Of a DNA stretch of 64,000 nt, positions 50,941-63,574 are shown piece after piece (position 1 is the stretch's first letter; every line of letters starts with the position of its first letter). The notes below the pieces were generated by a model. That model was given only the letters and a program-made list of their open reading frames with translations, searched no databases and had not been told where the DNA came from. Source of the DNA: Vicugna vicugna. Its lineage: Eukaryota. The position numbers and the translations under genes are program-made. The stretch lies in assembly GCA_013265495.1 (NCBI GenBank), contig MU057701.1, positions 868,001-932,000 of the forward strand. Direction: 5' to 3'.

Positions 50941-51817
50941 GTAAGAATTCTTGACAGGTTTGTTTGGCGTCAACCACATCGGGTGGAAGTTGTTATTTAG
51001 TGACCTCTTCCAGGATTAATATAACTTCTAATTTGTCTTTGCCTTTTACTTAATCTGTGACAAAGTACTGATTTTTTAAAAGTTTGTTAGTAATATTTCT
51101 AATGAACTGTTAATTTTTAACATCTAGTTAATAGCGCATTAGTGTAGTTTATGAGTCGTAGGAATTGCTCTCCAGGATTTGATGAAGAAGATTCCTTTAT
51201 TGAAAACAATGGTCAGCACTGGACCACCTGGGGAAATATGCTGTGCAGCTAAGAAAGAATGGAAAATACAGACCCCAGCACTGTGACCGGCCTGTCAGGC
51301 GACATGCACACATGGGAGACACAGAATTTCTTTGGCACTAGTGTCATGGAAAAGGTTTAAAGTGCTTAGACTTGAGAATGTTCTAAAGGAACACTCAGAT
51401 ATGCTCTGTGGTCTCTCCTTTAAACCGTGAAGGAACTTCTGGCTTCTTCTGATCTTGCTCTTACATTCTCTGGGTTACAGATGGGATTGGAACTCAGAGA
51501 AACAGGGCTCAACACTTTCCTGTGAGCAGCTGCGGTGGTTGTAGAGCAGACCTTTGCCAGGTCTTGTTCCTTCTTTTTCGTGTGTAGGCTCTTGGTATTA
51601 GTCATGGGGAATTTTGTGTGATCTCATTTGAATTACATTCTTCTCTTCCTTCAAAATTCTATCTTTGTTCTGATGCTTAATATAATTTAAAATGTAATGT
51701 CCAAGAGCTTCTTTCATTTCTCTGGGCATGTGTATCAGTATAGAATGTTTAAAGATCTGTGTTCTAAGTCTATCATGCTTTAATCTTTTAAAAACATTTT
51801 AATTCATTGTCCTTCAG

Positions 51818-51926
51818 GTAATCACAGGGCCTCAGATCCGCCCTGGTATGACGGTGATTAGGACGCCACTCCAGCAGTCAACACTAGGAAAGGCAATTAT
51901 TCGAACACCTGTGATGGTACAGCCAG
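51818..51926 (+). CDS. BPTF: BPTF exon, 109 nt (VITGPQIRPGMTVIRTP...VMVQP), phase 0-1
   Basis: gtccttcag|GTAATC acceptor, CCAG|gtattc donor; translated by hand. Confidence 0.93.
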
Positions 51927-52639
51927 GTATTCCTCTATCCAGTATTATTTTGCATGGAGACAGCCAGTCCAGGAGATCTGTAGTACTCTGTATTTGGCAC
52001 TGTACATACTAGAAAATACCAATATGAATTATGACTTCAAAGCAAACTAAATTTCTAATCCAACATGGGATGCTTCCATAGAGTCTGTTTCATTTCTGGC
52101 ATTGTCAGTAAGAGAAAGACAGATCCAAGTATGCTTATCAAAAATGTTTTTAAAACCTCTAGTAAATGTAATATATACGTTGAAATCATTGAAGTAAAGA
52201 GAACGAGCAAAGAAAAACAGTCTGTGTGGCAAAAGACAGAGAGAAAATCAAGGAAACAGCTAAGAAGCATTTAAGTGGAAACCATAAAACAAGATTACAA
52301 AGGCAACGCCTGCCCTTCATTAATGTAAATAAGTTAAAGCTTCCATATTAAAAGTTGGAGCCTGTAAAGATTGGGTGGAAAAAAAAAACTAGCTGTACAT
52401 TTATGATAAACATACCTAAAAGCAAATTACCACAGAAGATTAAAAAATAAAAAGATAGTCAAAGATACATGAAACGACAAAAAAAGAAGGAAAGATATAA
52501 CTCAATAAGATTAAATAAATAAATAAGAAGGAAAGAAAGGAGGCGGAGGGAAGACATGGAAAACAGTCCTACTAATAACTGGACAGAGTTGAATTCAGTG
52601 TTTGAAAAACAGTAACTAGGACAAAGAGGGTCATTTTCT

Positions 52640-52781
52640 TTTGTTTTGTTTTGTTGGAGGGGCGGGGGTAGGTAATTAGGTTTACTTATTTATTTATTTT
52701 TTAGAGGAAGCATTGGGGATTGAACCCAGGACCTTGTGCATGCTAAGCATGCGCTCTACCACTTGAGCTATACCCTCCCCC
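52640..52781 (-). mobile_element. tRNA-Ala-derived SINE (Vic-1-like)
   Basis: 16-bp TSD AAG(A/G)GGGTCATTTTCT at 52624-52639 and 52782-52797; full head and tail. Confidence 0.9.
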
Positions 52782-54028
52782 AAGGGGGTCATTTTCTATT
52801 GGCTTAAAGATAAAGATTGTGATGAAGATGCAGTCTTGGATCTTTAAATAAGATGTCATTGAAGTATATAAAGCAAAAGATATTTGAAATCAAGGAGGGG
52901 CTAACAGAAGCAGAAACAGATTGTATCAGCTTTGTACCTTTAACGAAACACATTAGTTTTAAATATTTATGAGCTGTTTGTATGAAAATGGTCATATAAT
53001 GAGCCATAGGTAAAACCTTGATGAATTCCAAAAAGTAGAATGTGTATAAGCTACATTTTTTTGTAGTAAAGTTGGGAATTAATATTAAGATAATATACTA
53101 ACTTTTACTGGCTTGGAACCCTAAAAATGTATGTTCTCAAAAGTAACTTTTATGTTAAAGAAACATCAAATGTATAATCATAAACAGTTAAACAGCAACT
53201 AAGCCATGCTGCAGAGCTGGACTGAGAGGCAGACTCATTCATTCAACAAATATTTGAGCACCTACTCTAAGCGGTTGAAACACACTGGTGAACAAAACAG
53301 AGGGAAAAAACCCACATTTTAAACCTTCATCAAAAGTTAGAAAAAAAATAAAAATCTCAAATGGAAACAGGAAGAAGGAAGTAAAATAAAAGTACAAGTA
53401 ATGATTAGAAGACAGAAAAGGCAACTATTATTAAAATAAACCATTCTTTTGCAAGTTTAATCTTGAGGAAAGGGAACAAAATGCTAGCTTACAAAAAATT
53501 AGGAATGAGAAAATGCTATAAAGCCAGAATGAACTTTTTAAAATAGGAAATTATGAACAGGTATCCTTGCAGTAAGACATTGAGAATTCTCACTGTCCGT
53601 ACTTAGGAACTAAGTCCATTCAAATGACAAGATATAATTATATACTGTGCTTAAAATTTTTTAAGTCTTCATGATGTATCAAGGAAAGAAATTTGGATAA
53701 TTTCCATAGTATTACCTACAGAAAAGAATTCCACATCTCATGGTTTTTTATGGATAAAATTCTTTGACATGGTTAGGAAACTGTTTCCTTCTTATAAAAA
53801 AATAGTTTCAGGGCATAGAGGGAAGAAAAGACTAATTCTTTCCCATTCATTTTATAACTTTGGCATATAATATAAAACATAGTATCATATTTTTTTAATG
53901 CAATCTCCTAGTGTCTCAGCAAAATTTACCCCAGAAAAGAAAGTAGTATTCATTATTTCAGTTAATGCTGCAGGGACAGTTGATAAAATTCAGCATCTGT
54001 TCTCTGTTTTAAATAGCCGTTAGGGTAT

Positions 54029-54486
54029 GGGGAAGGGTGTAGAGCGCATGCTTAGTATGCACGAGGTCCTGGGTTCAGTCCCTAGTACCTCCATTAAAAA
54101 ATAGTAAATGGAAAAAAAATAATAAATGAACTAATGAACAAATGAACTAATTATTATTTTGGTTTCTTGAATATGTGTAAGCACACTTGACTGTCCTTTG
54201 TGATTGGGTTACCGCATTCTGTTGATTCTTATTTTGTAGTTGGCTTTATTCCTTTGATAACTGTGTAAGTTTAAAAAGCTAAAGATCTAATCTATTCTTA
54301 GAAACAATAATTAGCACATATATGTAAACTAAAAAAAAGTAATATACTGTATATGTGTATTTACATGCAATATAATGTGAATGTGCAAAAAAGTAAAAAT
54401 AAAAAGGCAAAAAAAAATATAAACAAACAAACCTAATCTAATGCGCCCCCCCCAAACCTTTAAAAAATAAATAAATAAAATCTTAA
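54029..54486 (+). mobile_element. tRNA-Ala-derived SINE interrupted by an L1 3'-end insertion (~54124-54417)
   Basis: Head at 54029 with the A-box segment deleted; tail AAACCTAATCTAAT...CCCC resumes near 54420; TSD AAATAGCC(G/A)T(T/C)AGG at 54011-54024 and 54487-54500. Confidence 0.82.
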
Positions 54487-56410
54487 AAATAGCCATCAGG
54501 CAGCTAACTAAAAAGAAAGCTAAAACTAATGTAAAGAAGAAGAAACATTTAAAGATGATAAGTGGTAATAACAGATAACTGAAACATTTGGTAAATTACC
54601 AGATGGTACTCTACATGTAGAGAGCCTTTGTTTCTTAATGCCTTATGTAGCTGCAACTACGTGTCTACTTGCATATGTGAATATGTGGCTTCACATATGA
54701 GTGTGTCTGGTATGTTGTAGAAAAAACAAGGTGGCCAGTGGGGCTGGTGGGTCTTAAGAGTTACGGTCAAAGAAGTGGAGGACGGTGTGTGTCTGAGTGT
54801 GTGCAGGTCTGCTTACCCCTATTCCTACCACAACACTAGCTTTTCCCAAAGTTGAACACTCCCAGGATGTTTAAAAAAAAGTTTTTATTTTTGAATTTGC
54901 ATTTTGATTGATAATTTCAAAATAAATCAACCTGAACATACTGGGGATCATCTGAATGACCACCATGTAATCAGTCAGTACCAGCCCTTTATGATGACAC
55001 CGTATCAATACCAGGTGATAAACTAGAGTAACTTCTCATGAACTGTTCCTCAAACTGCAGTACAAGGACAAAGTGTTGGGCCCTGGAGGTTCTCACATTC
55101 AAGCACTTGTCTGTATATACTGTTTTTTGATTCATCTTGAGGAATAAATGGGTGAGAATAACCAGGAAATGCTTAGAAGAAACAGTAATGATGGAAGAGT
55201 TACACTGCCAGTTGTTAAAGCATATTACAAGCCACCAGAATTTAGGAGGGTGATACCAAAGGAAACTAGACCGACTGGAGAAATACAGATACTGTAATGC
55301 TGTCGTACTGTTTCTGACTGCTGGGATATGTTACTCCAGTGGTAGTATTGGCAGGCGTTAGTGAAGTGGGCGCCCAGTGGTGGTGGGAACATGATTGGGT
55401 ATAACCTTTCTAAAATTCAGTTTTATCTTATGTTCATACTATGAACCCAGTAATTTTGGGAGGAGTTTGTTTTAAGGAAATAATTAGAAGCACTTAAAAA
55501 TTTATAAGCAGGGATTTCACTATGATGTTATTTAAAAAAAGAAAAAGGGAAAGTGTTCTAAATGTCAGCATAGGTTCAATTTTACACATAATGCAGTATT
55601 AAACTCTGGTCATTAAAAGAAATATACACAGAAATACATATATACACGTAGAAGGAAAAACAGGAAGTGAATACAAACCTTTAGAACTGTGGCTTTTTTA
55701 CTCATTCATAATGAATTCAGACTGTGTAAATGTAAGATTAGCTACCAAATAATTACTACCTGCCTCTTCTTCCATTTCATCAAGGTGAATGAGAAACTGA
55801 AATTTTTAGAAGGTTGTAGAGCCATTTCAGTTAAACTTCATTTGCTCTGTGAATGTTTATTTAACAGTAACTGTGGAAGCGTTTGCTGAGCACGTTGCTC
55901 TAGAATTGGAGACAGAGGGTTCTTGCCCTCATGGTTCTTCCAAGCTGTATGGCAAATAGCAATGAGAAAAGCTCATATATAAATATAATTGGCTCAGAAT
56001 ATTACAGATTCCGTACAACTTGTTTAAAATCACATGAATTAATTATAATTAGATTATCTTATTTTTAAATTTATATTCCTAAGGAAAGGCAGCCTAATAA
56101 TGACACATTTTACATACTCTCTTCAATCTTCCCTATTGTCATTTTGGCTTTAGACTCATAGGAAGAACATTAATTGTTTCTTCCCCTCTGCTACAGACAG
56201 CAGGAACTGGAGAATGGCTGTCAGCAAGCTGAGTGAAGGCAGGGTCCTCTGGGTGTGGGTGTGTGACTGGGTGTAGCCTTTGTCTGTTGGCGTCCTGTGC
56301 ATCTTACTGAAAATTCAGAAGAATGCATTCATCTGTAGTGTTGAACAGTGTTTCACCTCAGCCTCCTGCTAAAGGCACGTGAGCACGCTAATGTTCTGCT
56401 GTTCACATAG

Positions 56411-56628
56411 GTGCTCCTCAGCAGGTGGTGACGCAGATCATCAGAGGGCAGCCGGTTTCCACTGCGATCTCTGCCCCCAGCACAGTCCCCTCGGCACCTG
56501 CGCAGAAGGGGCTACCTTCAGGAGCACCCAGTGCAAATCTGCAGTCTTCAGCCTCCCAGTCCCCTCGCCCCCAGCAAGGACAGGTGAAGCTGACCATGGC
56601 TCAACTCACTCAGCTAACGCAGGGCCAC
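56411..56628 (+). CDS. BPTF: BPTF exon, 218 nt (GAPQQVVTQIIRG...QLTQGH), phase 1-0
   Basis: ttcacatag|GTGCT acceptor, CAC|gtaagt donor; overlaps ORF 56425..56721. Confidence 0.94.
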
Positions 56629-56879
56629 GTAAGTCATGTAACTGGCATTTTACCTTTAGAAATGATCTTGTTTATTCTTGCTGTAAGTTTTAAAATATGG
56701 ACGTATTTTCAGAAGTTTTAAAATGTACTTATTGTAAGAAATGGCTGCTTCCTGGGGTCAAACAAAAATACTTCCCTCACCTATCCAGAGTCCTTAGATC
56801 ATGAGTTATAACAGCAAGATGGGTAACCCTTTTAACCACTAAAATTTTATTAGTTAACCAATTTGCTTGGGAAAAATAA

Positions 56880-58500
56880 AATTTGAGTACATTAAGCTGT
56901 TTCCTTACAACATTCAATATTATCAGTTCTTCCAATACTGAGCAATAGACTGATGCAATTCCTATCAAAATCCCAAGAGATATATTTTGAAACTTGACAA
57001 GGTGATTTTTTAAATTTTTAGGGAAGTTCAAAGGATGGAGAATATCTGTAACACTTTTGAACAACAGGAGGATTTGCCCCATGTGGTAACCTGATATCAA
57101 AATTTACTACAGTGCTTCACTACTTAATACAGTAAGGTACAGCCACAAAGGTAGACAGACCAACAGATACTAAACAGTAGAAAGTGCAGAGAGTGACCCA
57201 GACATTTGTGGACACTTGGTACATGACATTGCAGATCATTGTAAGGAAAGAGTTTAATAATGGTCCTGGGACAATTGAGCATACGTGGGAAACCATGAAA
57301 TTGGACCACTATCTCACTCATAAACTCAGTTCCAGGAAGAAAAACATCCTGACTGTGGAAGGTAAAACTATTATACTTTTAGAAGGTAGGAAAGGCTTTC
57401 TTAAAGACAGAAAATACTAGCCATATAGGAAAAGATTTATAATTTCAACAACATTAAAAATAAGAACTTCAGTTCATCAATATTATAAAAGAATGAAAAG
57501 AATGAGAGAAGGTATGGATACAACCAACCAAGGACTATTACCCAGAATGAAGAATTACTAGTACAAATTAAGAAGGGAAAAAAAATTCAGATAGCTCAGG
57601 AGAAAAGAAGAGCAAGCAAACTTCATGAGAAAAGAGGAAATCTAAATGTCCACAAATCCAGAAAACTGCTGAATTTTGTTAATAATGAGGAAAACACATA
57701 TTAAAAGCATATACCTAAGAGACTGGTATAAATTAAAGTGTCAGACAGAATCAAGAGAGCAAAGACTTGGAGTAGAATGAACTGCTACACACAGCTCTGG
57801 GTAGTATGAATCGGTTTAACCAAAGCAAAGTCAGAGGCGAGCACACCCCAGGTCACAGTGGTGCTCCTTCTAGGTGTATTCCCTAGAGAAGTTCTTACTC
57901 ATCTGAGCACCTGGATAATGGTCATGAATATACAGCAGCATTGTTAAGAGTCAAAAACTGGGAACAACCCAAATGTCAGTCTGTAATCAGTTAGATAAAT
58001 CGTACCTTCCTACAGCAATGAAAATAAACAAACTATAGCCACATAGAACTACACCGTTGAGCGGAAGAAGCAGATAACAAACTTACATTGTGATCTGTTT
58101 GTGTTAACATTCAGAAACAAGCAACACTAGCTGTATTGTTTAGGGATACAGGGCTGCTGCACTGCCTCCCTGGAGGGGCCACCATCCCCATCATGGTCTT
58201 CGTGAATGGTGCTCCTGAAGTTAGGAGCCTTCGTCCCTGTAAAGATCTATACCTGAGTGGTACCACTATGAACAAATGCAGTTATTGTGACAGTGAGAGC
58301 AATGCTTACCTCTCAGGGGAAATGGGGGAATTAAGATGAGAGCAGGTCACTGGGGGGGCTTCTTGGATATTGGCAGTGATGACCTGAATGCTGGTTTTAT
58401 AGATGTTCACTTTATAATTATTCTTTAAACAGCACATAAACAGTTTTATGTAGTTTTGAATGTACACAAAAATATTGTAGAAAAGCGAGAGTAAGGGACT
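56880..58500 (+). mobile_element. Degraded sense-oriented L1M fragments (approximate)
   Basis: ATGCAATTCCTATCAAAATCCCA, TTGGACCACTATCTCAC, AAAAACTGGGAACAACCCAAATGTC and ATGTACACAAAATATT motifs. Confidence 0.6.
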
Positions 58501-59514
58501 CATGAATAAAGAAAGTCCATGGAGCTTAGTATTGTTGTATGAACTTTGTAGCATTAGTTCTGGCTGTTGGGAATCTGGGGTGGGTTGTTTTTATGTTTGT
58601 TTTCTAATTCTCCACCATGTTCCTGGTGGTTAAGGATTAAGAAGTCCTGGACAGAACAGTACATACAGAGTATTCAGAGCCCAGTCCCACTTTGATGACG
58701 ACTGATACTAGTGACCTTCCCGACGTGGTGTTTGCATTTCACGTCTAAAACCCTGAGCTTTCTGTCCTCCAGCACACACTAGCACACACCCTAGGTCATT
58801 TGGTCTTAGTGAAAAAACTGAATCTAGGAGACCTGGGCTTTTCATTTTGTCACACCTTGAACTTGGCCTCTAACTTGGGCAAGGGACCTGAGCTTTCTCA
58901 CTTGATTTTTCTAGTTGGTAGTGAGATGTAGTAATATTTTCTCTCTCTGCTCCACAAAGTCACAAGTCTATTATTATTTTTTTTAAGGCTTTCACATTTT
59001 CAGCAATTTTAATTGAGACTAAAACCACACAATTAGGCTTCACTTAGTTATCAGTGAGAACAGTAGCTATTTACTTTATAGTCTTTTTTTTTTCACAAGT
59101 CTATTATGAGACTCAACTGAGGCACTACATCTAAAGATGCTTTGAAAGTTATAAAATAATATGAATATAACTAATATGGTTTAAAATCAGAATTCTGTGG
59201 AGACCTTAGTCATTCACTTCAATGCCCTTATTTTATAGATTGGGAAATACAGATCCAGAGATGTGCTGTTGCTTGTAGATACCTGGCTCTCCATTTGGAG
59301 AACTTGGGCTGGAACTCTGGATTGTTAGTTCATTTTGTTTCCCACTAAACATCAGTTAAATATTCTTATTTTGGCTTACCTCAATTTTTTTGGTATCATT
59401 CCGTAGACATTAACATACATATTTTCATTATTTTATATTTTTCAACATAAAAAAGGTATACTTTGCAGATTGATGCTTCGAAGACTATTTACATGTTGTG
59501 TGTTTTTTCCTTAG

Positions 59515-59737
59515 GGTGGCAATCAAGGTTTGACGGTAGTAATTCAAGGACAAGGTCAAACTACTGGGCAGTTGCAGTTGATACCTCAAGGGGTGACGGT
59601 CCTGCCCGGCCCAGGGCAGCAGCTGATGCAGGCTGCGATGCCAAATGGTACCGTGCAGCGATTCCTCTTTACCCCGTTGGCAACAACAGCCACAGCCGCC
59701 AGCACCACCACCACCACTGTTTCCACTACAGCAGCAG
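59515..59737 (+). CDS. BPTF: BPTF exon, 223 nt (GGNQGLTVVIQ...STTAA), phase 0-1
   Basis: ttttccttag|GGTGG acceptor, GCAG|gtagga donor; overlaps ORF 59530..59838. Confidence 0.94.
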
Positions 59738-60465
59738 GTAGGACTTGGGGATTGTCACAAGTGCTGCATGCTCTCATCACAAGTCGCTGGGCTAACAGAC
59801 AGGGCAGGGGGCACTGGTGCTTATCACTGAGAGGATGAGCCTCACGCCCGTGAACTTGCCAGCTGACTGGTCAGCCTCACAAGATCTTGACAAGATCTCT
59901 TGCCCTTACAGACTCCCTGTCACCACCATCCTCCCTAAGAAATATGGAAATCAGGGGGGTGGCACAAAACGGGAAAATGTCACGATACCTGTGCCCACAC
60001 TTACTCCTCCAAGCCTTGTAGGCACTGATTGAGTCGTGGAGGTGCACTCAGGGCAGGCGGGCATATCCTGCTCAGAACCAGTGATGGAGAGCTGCAGGGA
60101 GAGCCACACTGTTAGCCTCCTCCCGCAGGCCTCTGTCGCTGGCTGCCCTCACGCCATAGGTGAGAAATGTGGGGTGGCCTCAGCCTGGACCAGCAGACCT
60201 GGCTGATTTCCAGAGACCGCACCTTGCTTCAGAAGCCAGCCGTCTGGAGACTTAGAAAAATGTGCAGGGGGTGGCCGTGAGCAGGGTCCACGTTCCCAGC
60301 TTAGGAGAGTCCTAACCCACATGTTTCTAACTGGAGCATTTCTAAGGCATCAGTCTTACGTGCTGAAATACAGAATTCTCACCTTTGGAAAATCCGCTTC
60401 AAATTCTTCTTAAACCACAGTCTTTTGTTCTAGAGTAAGAAATATTTGGTCTTTCCTTTTCACAG

Positions 60466-61391
60466 GTACAGGTGAACAAAAACAGAGTAAATTATCACCC
60501 CCGACACAGGTGCCACAAGCCAAAACCCTGCCACCAGCTCAGTCGTCGAGTGTGAGTCCTCCAGAAGCCCAGCCTCAGACTGCTCAGAGCGCTCAGCCTT
60601 CAGCTCAGCCCCCGCCCCAAGCCCAGCCCCCGTCCCCAGCTCAGCCTGAAGTTCAGACTCAGCCTGAAGCTCAGACCCCAACAACTGTTGCATCCCATGT
60701 CCCTCCTGAAGCACAGCCCACCCAAGCACAGCCATCCAAACCCCAAGTTGCAGTGCAGTGTCAGCCTCAGAGTAATGTCCAAGGACAGTCTCCTGCTCGC
60801 GTCCAAAGTCCACCACAGACTCGAATACGTCCATCAACTCCATCCCAAGTGTCTCCCGGACAGCAGTCCCAGGTTCAGACCGCAGCCTCACAACCGATTC
60901 CAATTCAGCCACATACATCTCTTCCGATACCTTCCCAGGGCCAGCCACAGTCACAGCCCCAGGTACAGTCTTCAACTCAAACTCTTTCATCAGGACAAAC
61001 GTTAAGTCAAGTTACTGTTTCATCCCCATCCCGTCCTCAGCCTCAAGTACAGCAGCCACAGCCCCCAGGCCTCGCTGTACCGCAGCTGCACCCGCAAGTC
61101 CAGGTTCTCTCTCAGATCCAGTCGCAGGTTGTGGCTCAGATACAGGCTCAGCAAGGTGGGGTGCCCCAGCAGATCAAACTCCAGTTGCCCATTCAAATTC
61201 AGCCAAGCAGTCCTGTGCAGACCCACCAGATTCAGAATGTGGTTACAGTGCAGGCAGCCAGTGTGCAAGAGCAGTTGCAAAGGGTTCAGCAACTCAGGGA
61301 TCAGCAGCAAAAGAAGAAACAGCAACAGATAGAAATTAAGCGGGAACACACCCTCCAAGCTTCTAATCAAAGTGAAATCATTCAGAAACAG
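60466..61391 (+). CDS. BPTF: BPTF Q/P-rich exon, 926 nt (GTGEQKQSK...EIIQKQ), phase 1-0, with an internal alternative donor at 60962
   Basis: ttttcacag|GTACAG acceptor, CAG|gtaaag donor; overlaps ORF 60510..61451. Confidence 0.95.
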
Positions 61392-62227
61392 GTAAAGTCA
61401 TTAAGTAAAAGCAGCATGTTCAGTAGCTTGAATTATTGTGCTGTGCATTAGACTTAGTGTTTGGTTGTGTTAGCTTTCCTTAAATGAGACTAAAGTCATT
61501 GATGCTTCGAGTTAGAAGCAGCACTGGATTGACCAAAACGTACTGAATGACTATTACGGTTTGGAGCTCTTACTAGATTTAGACCGTCAGTGCTTACCGG
61601 GAAAACGACCCGCATTTTGGGAGAACTAAGATGGGAAGAGTGGAGTTAGGAGTTCAAGTATCATTGATACAAAATTGAAGGTTTAAGATTTTAAAGGCAT
61701 CATAGCAATTTGTTTGCATTTATTTGCAGTTGTCATTCCTTGGTTTGCATGTAGACTAAGCAAATTCTACAGACAGATTAAACTCATGTGTATTTCCAGC
61801 AGCACCTTTGTAAACAAGTTTTAAGTACTTTTTACTGCGTAGCTTAAATAAAAGTGGCATCGTGCAGTAGTAGCATCTTAGGAAATAAGGCAGTTAAGAT
61901 GAGTGAGAATTATTCTCCTTAAAATGAAGTCGCACGTATGACAATGTCCTGTGGTGTCACTGGAGGAAGTTTTCTTTGCATCTGCAGCATTTACCACTCA
62001 GCACTGGTCAGGAGTTTGAGTGTGGATTTCAAGTGTTCCCAAGTCATGAGACCAGCATTCAGTTCCTGGGTCTCCCTTTCACGGTCCATGAAACTCACTC
62101 ACCTCCCCTCAGCTATATCGTCATAAAAACCCTCTTCTCTTTTCAGCCATGCAGGATTATTGTAATGATTAAATGAGGTCATGTATGTAGAAGCACTTTT
62201 TATATAAGCACTTTTTATGTTACGCTA

Positions 62228-62436
62228 TTTTTTATTGAAACATATTTGATGTATACTGTTGTGTGAATTTAAGGTATATGACTTGTTAATTTGATACATT
62301 TATGTATTGTCGTATGATTATCATTGTAGCGATAATTAACTTCTCTATCACATCACATAATTATCATTTCTTTTTAGTTGGAATAATTAATATCTAGTCT
62401 CTTAGCAAGTTTGATGATTACGATATGGTATTGTTA
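62228..62436 (-). mobile_element. L1MA-type 3' end
   Basis: TTTGATACATTTATGTATTG...CATCACATAATTATCATTTCTTTTT...TCTCTTAGCAAGTTTGA. Confidence 0.6.
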
Positions 62437-62976
62437 GAAGCATGTTTTAAACAGCAGAGGGATTTAAGAGGTATAATATTCTTATAAAATTGACATCACA
62501 TGTAATATGTTAAAATGCATTATTATCCAGCTTTTAGTACTGTGTGGTCCATGAACCGAGAATAATTACAACTGTCTTTACCCTAATCTTTGTAGAAGGC
62601 GGGGATTGGTAAAATGAATGCCTGGGAAGGAGAGCATAATGTTCACAACATGGTCTTTGGAGAATGAGAGCTGGGTTAAAATCACAGCCGTATTTTTTAA
62701 TCTCAAACAAGTTAGTAATTTCTTTATGTCTCAGTGTCCCTACCTTTCAGTGTTCTGGGGAATGGATGAGGTAATATCAAGCGGTTCCCTTAGCACAGTG
62801 CCCGGTACCTGGTGAGCACTCGGGCTGTACAGTGGCTCTGATTTTATTTGTACTGTGATATAAAGTTCTTGCAGTTTCTTTGGAAAACCTCTGCATGTGC
62901 TCCGATTTCTGTTACCTGTATACCGACTTGTAGCCATTATGAAATACACACTTTTGGATTTTGTTCTGTCCTGAAG

Positions 62977-63059
62977 GTGGTGATGAAGCATAATGCTGTA
63001 ATAGAACATTTAAAACAGAAAAAGACCATGACTCCAGCTGAAAGAGAAGAGAATCAGAG
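62977..63059 (+). CDS. BPTF: BPTF exon, 83 nt (VVMKHNAVIEHLKQKKTMTPAEREENQR), phase 0-2
   Basis: ctgtcctgaag|GTGGTG acceptor, CAGAG|gtaggg donor. Confidence 0.94.
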
Positions 63060-63348
63060 GTAGGGAGAAATGCTTATCACCCGGTTGCACAGGATCTCGC
63101 TGTGTCTCAGTTTCTTCTCATGCACAGGGCACGGGAGTTCTGAATTTGTAAATTTTTTGTCTTGATTGAAGTTTATTAAATGAGAACATTCAGCACTAAT
63201 ACAATAGGTGCTCATAACTGTTTTGAATCACTCTTTGAAGCTTTCCACTCACCGAAAGTTTTTATCAGCTGTAGACATAGAAAAATCATGTCTTAAGCCT
63301 TTCAGAATGAAACGCCCAGCATTACATAGGTTTTGTATTTCTCTCTAG

Positions 63349-63574
63349 AATGATTGTGTGTAACCAGGTGATGAAGTATATTTTGGATAAGATAGACAAA
63401 GAAGAAAAGCAGGCCGCAAAAAAACGGAAGCGAGAAGAGAGCGTGGAGCAGAAACGCAGCAAACAGAATGCTAGCAAGCTCTCTGCTTTGCTTTTCAAAC
63501 ACAAAGAGCAGCTTAAAGCCGAAATACTAAAAAAGAGAGCATTGCTGGACAAAGACCTACAAATTGAAGTACAG
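63349..63574 (+). CDS. BPTF: BPTF exon, 226 nt, coiled-coil region (MIVCNQVMKY...LQIEVQ), phase 2-0
   Basis: ctctctag|AATG acceptor, CAG|gtaaga donor; overlaps ORF 63350..63706. Confidence 0.95.

Larger units (their letters stand above)
2004..63574 (+). other. BPTF: BPTF gene body (internal part): 23 coding exons; 5' and 3' ends lie outside the window
   Basis: Exon peptides (EEILESIRAKKGDID..., KGNINNYFKLGQEGKYRVY..., PYPSPRPTFGITWRYRL..., MIVCNQVMKYILDKIDKEEK...) match mammalian BPTF as I recall it. Every exon has AG/GT ends and the phases chain without a frameshift (sum 6812 nt = 2 + 3x2270). Confidence 0.97.
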
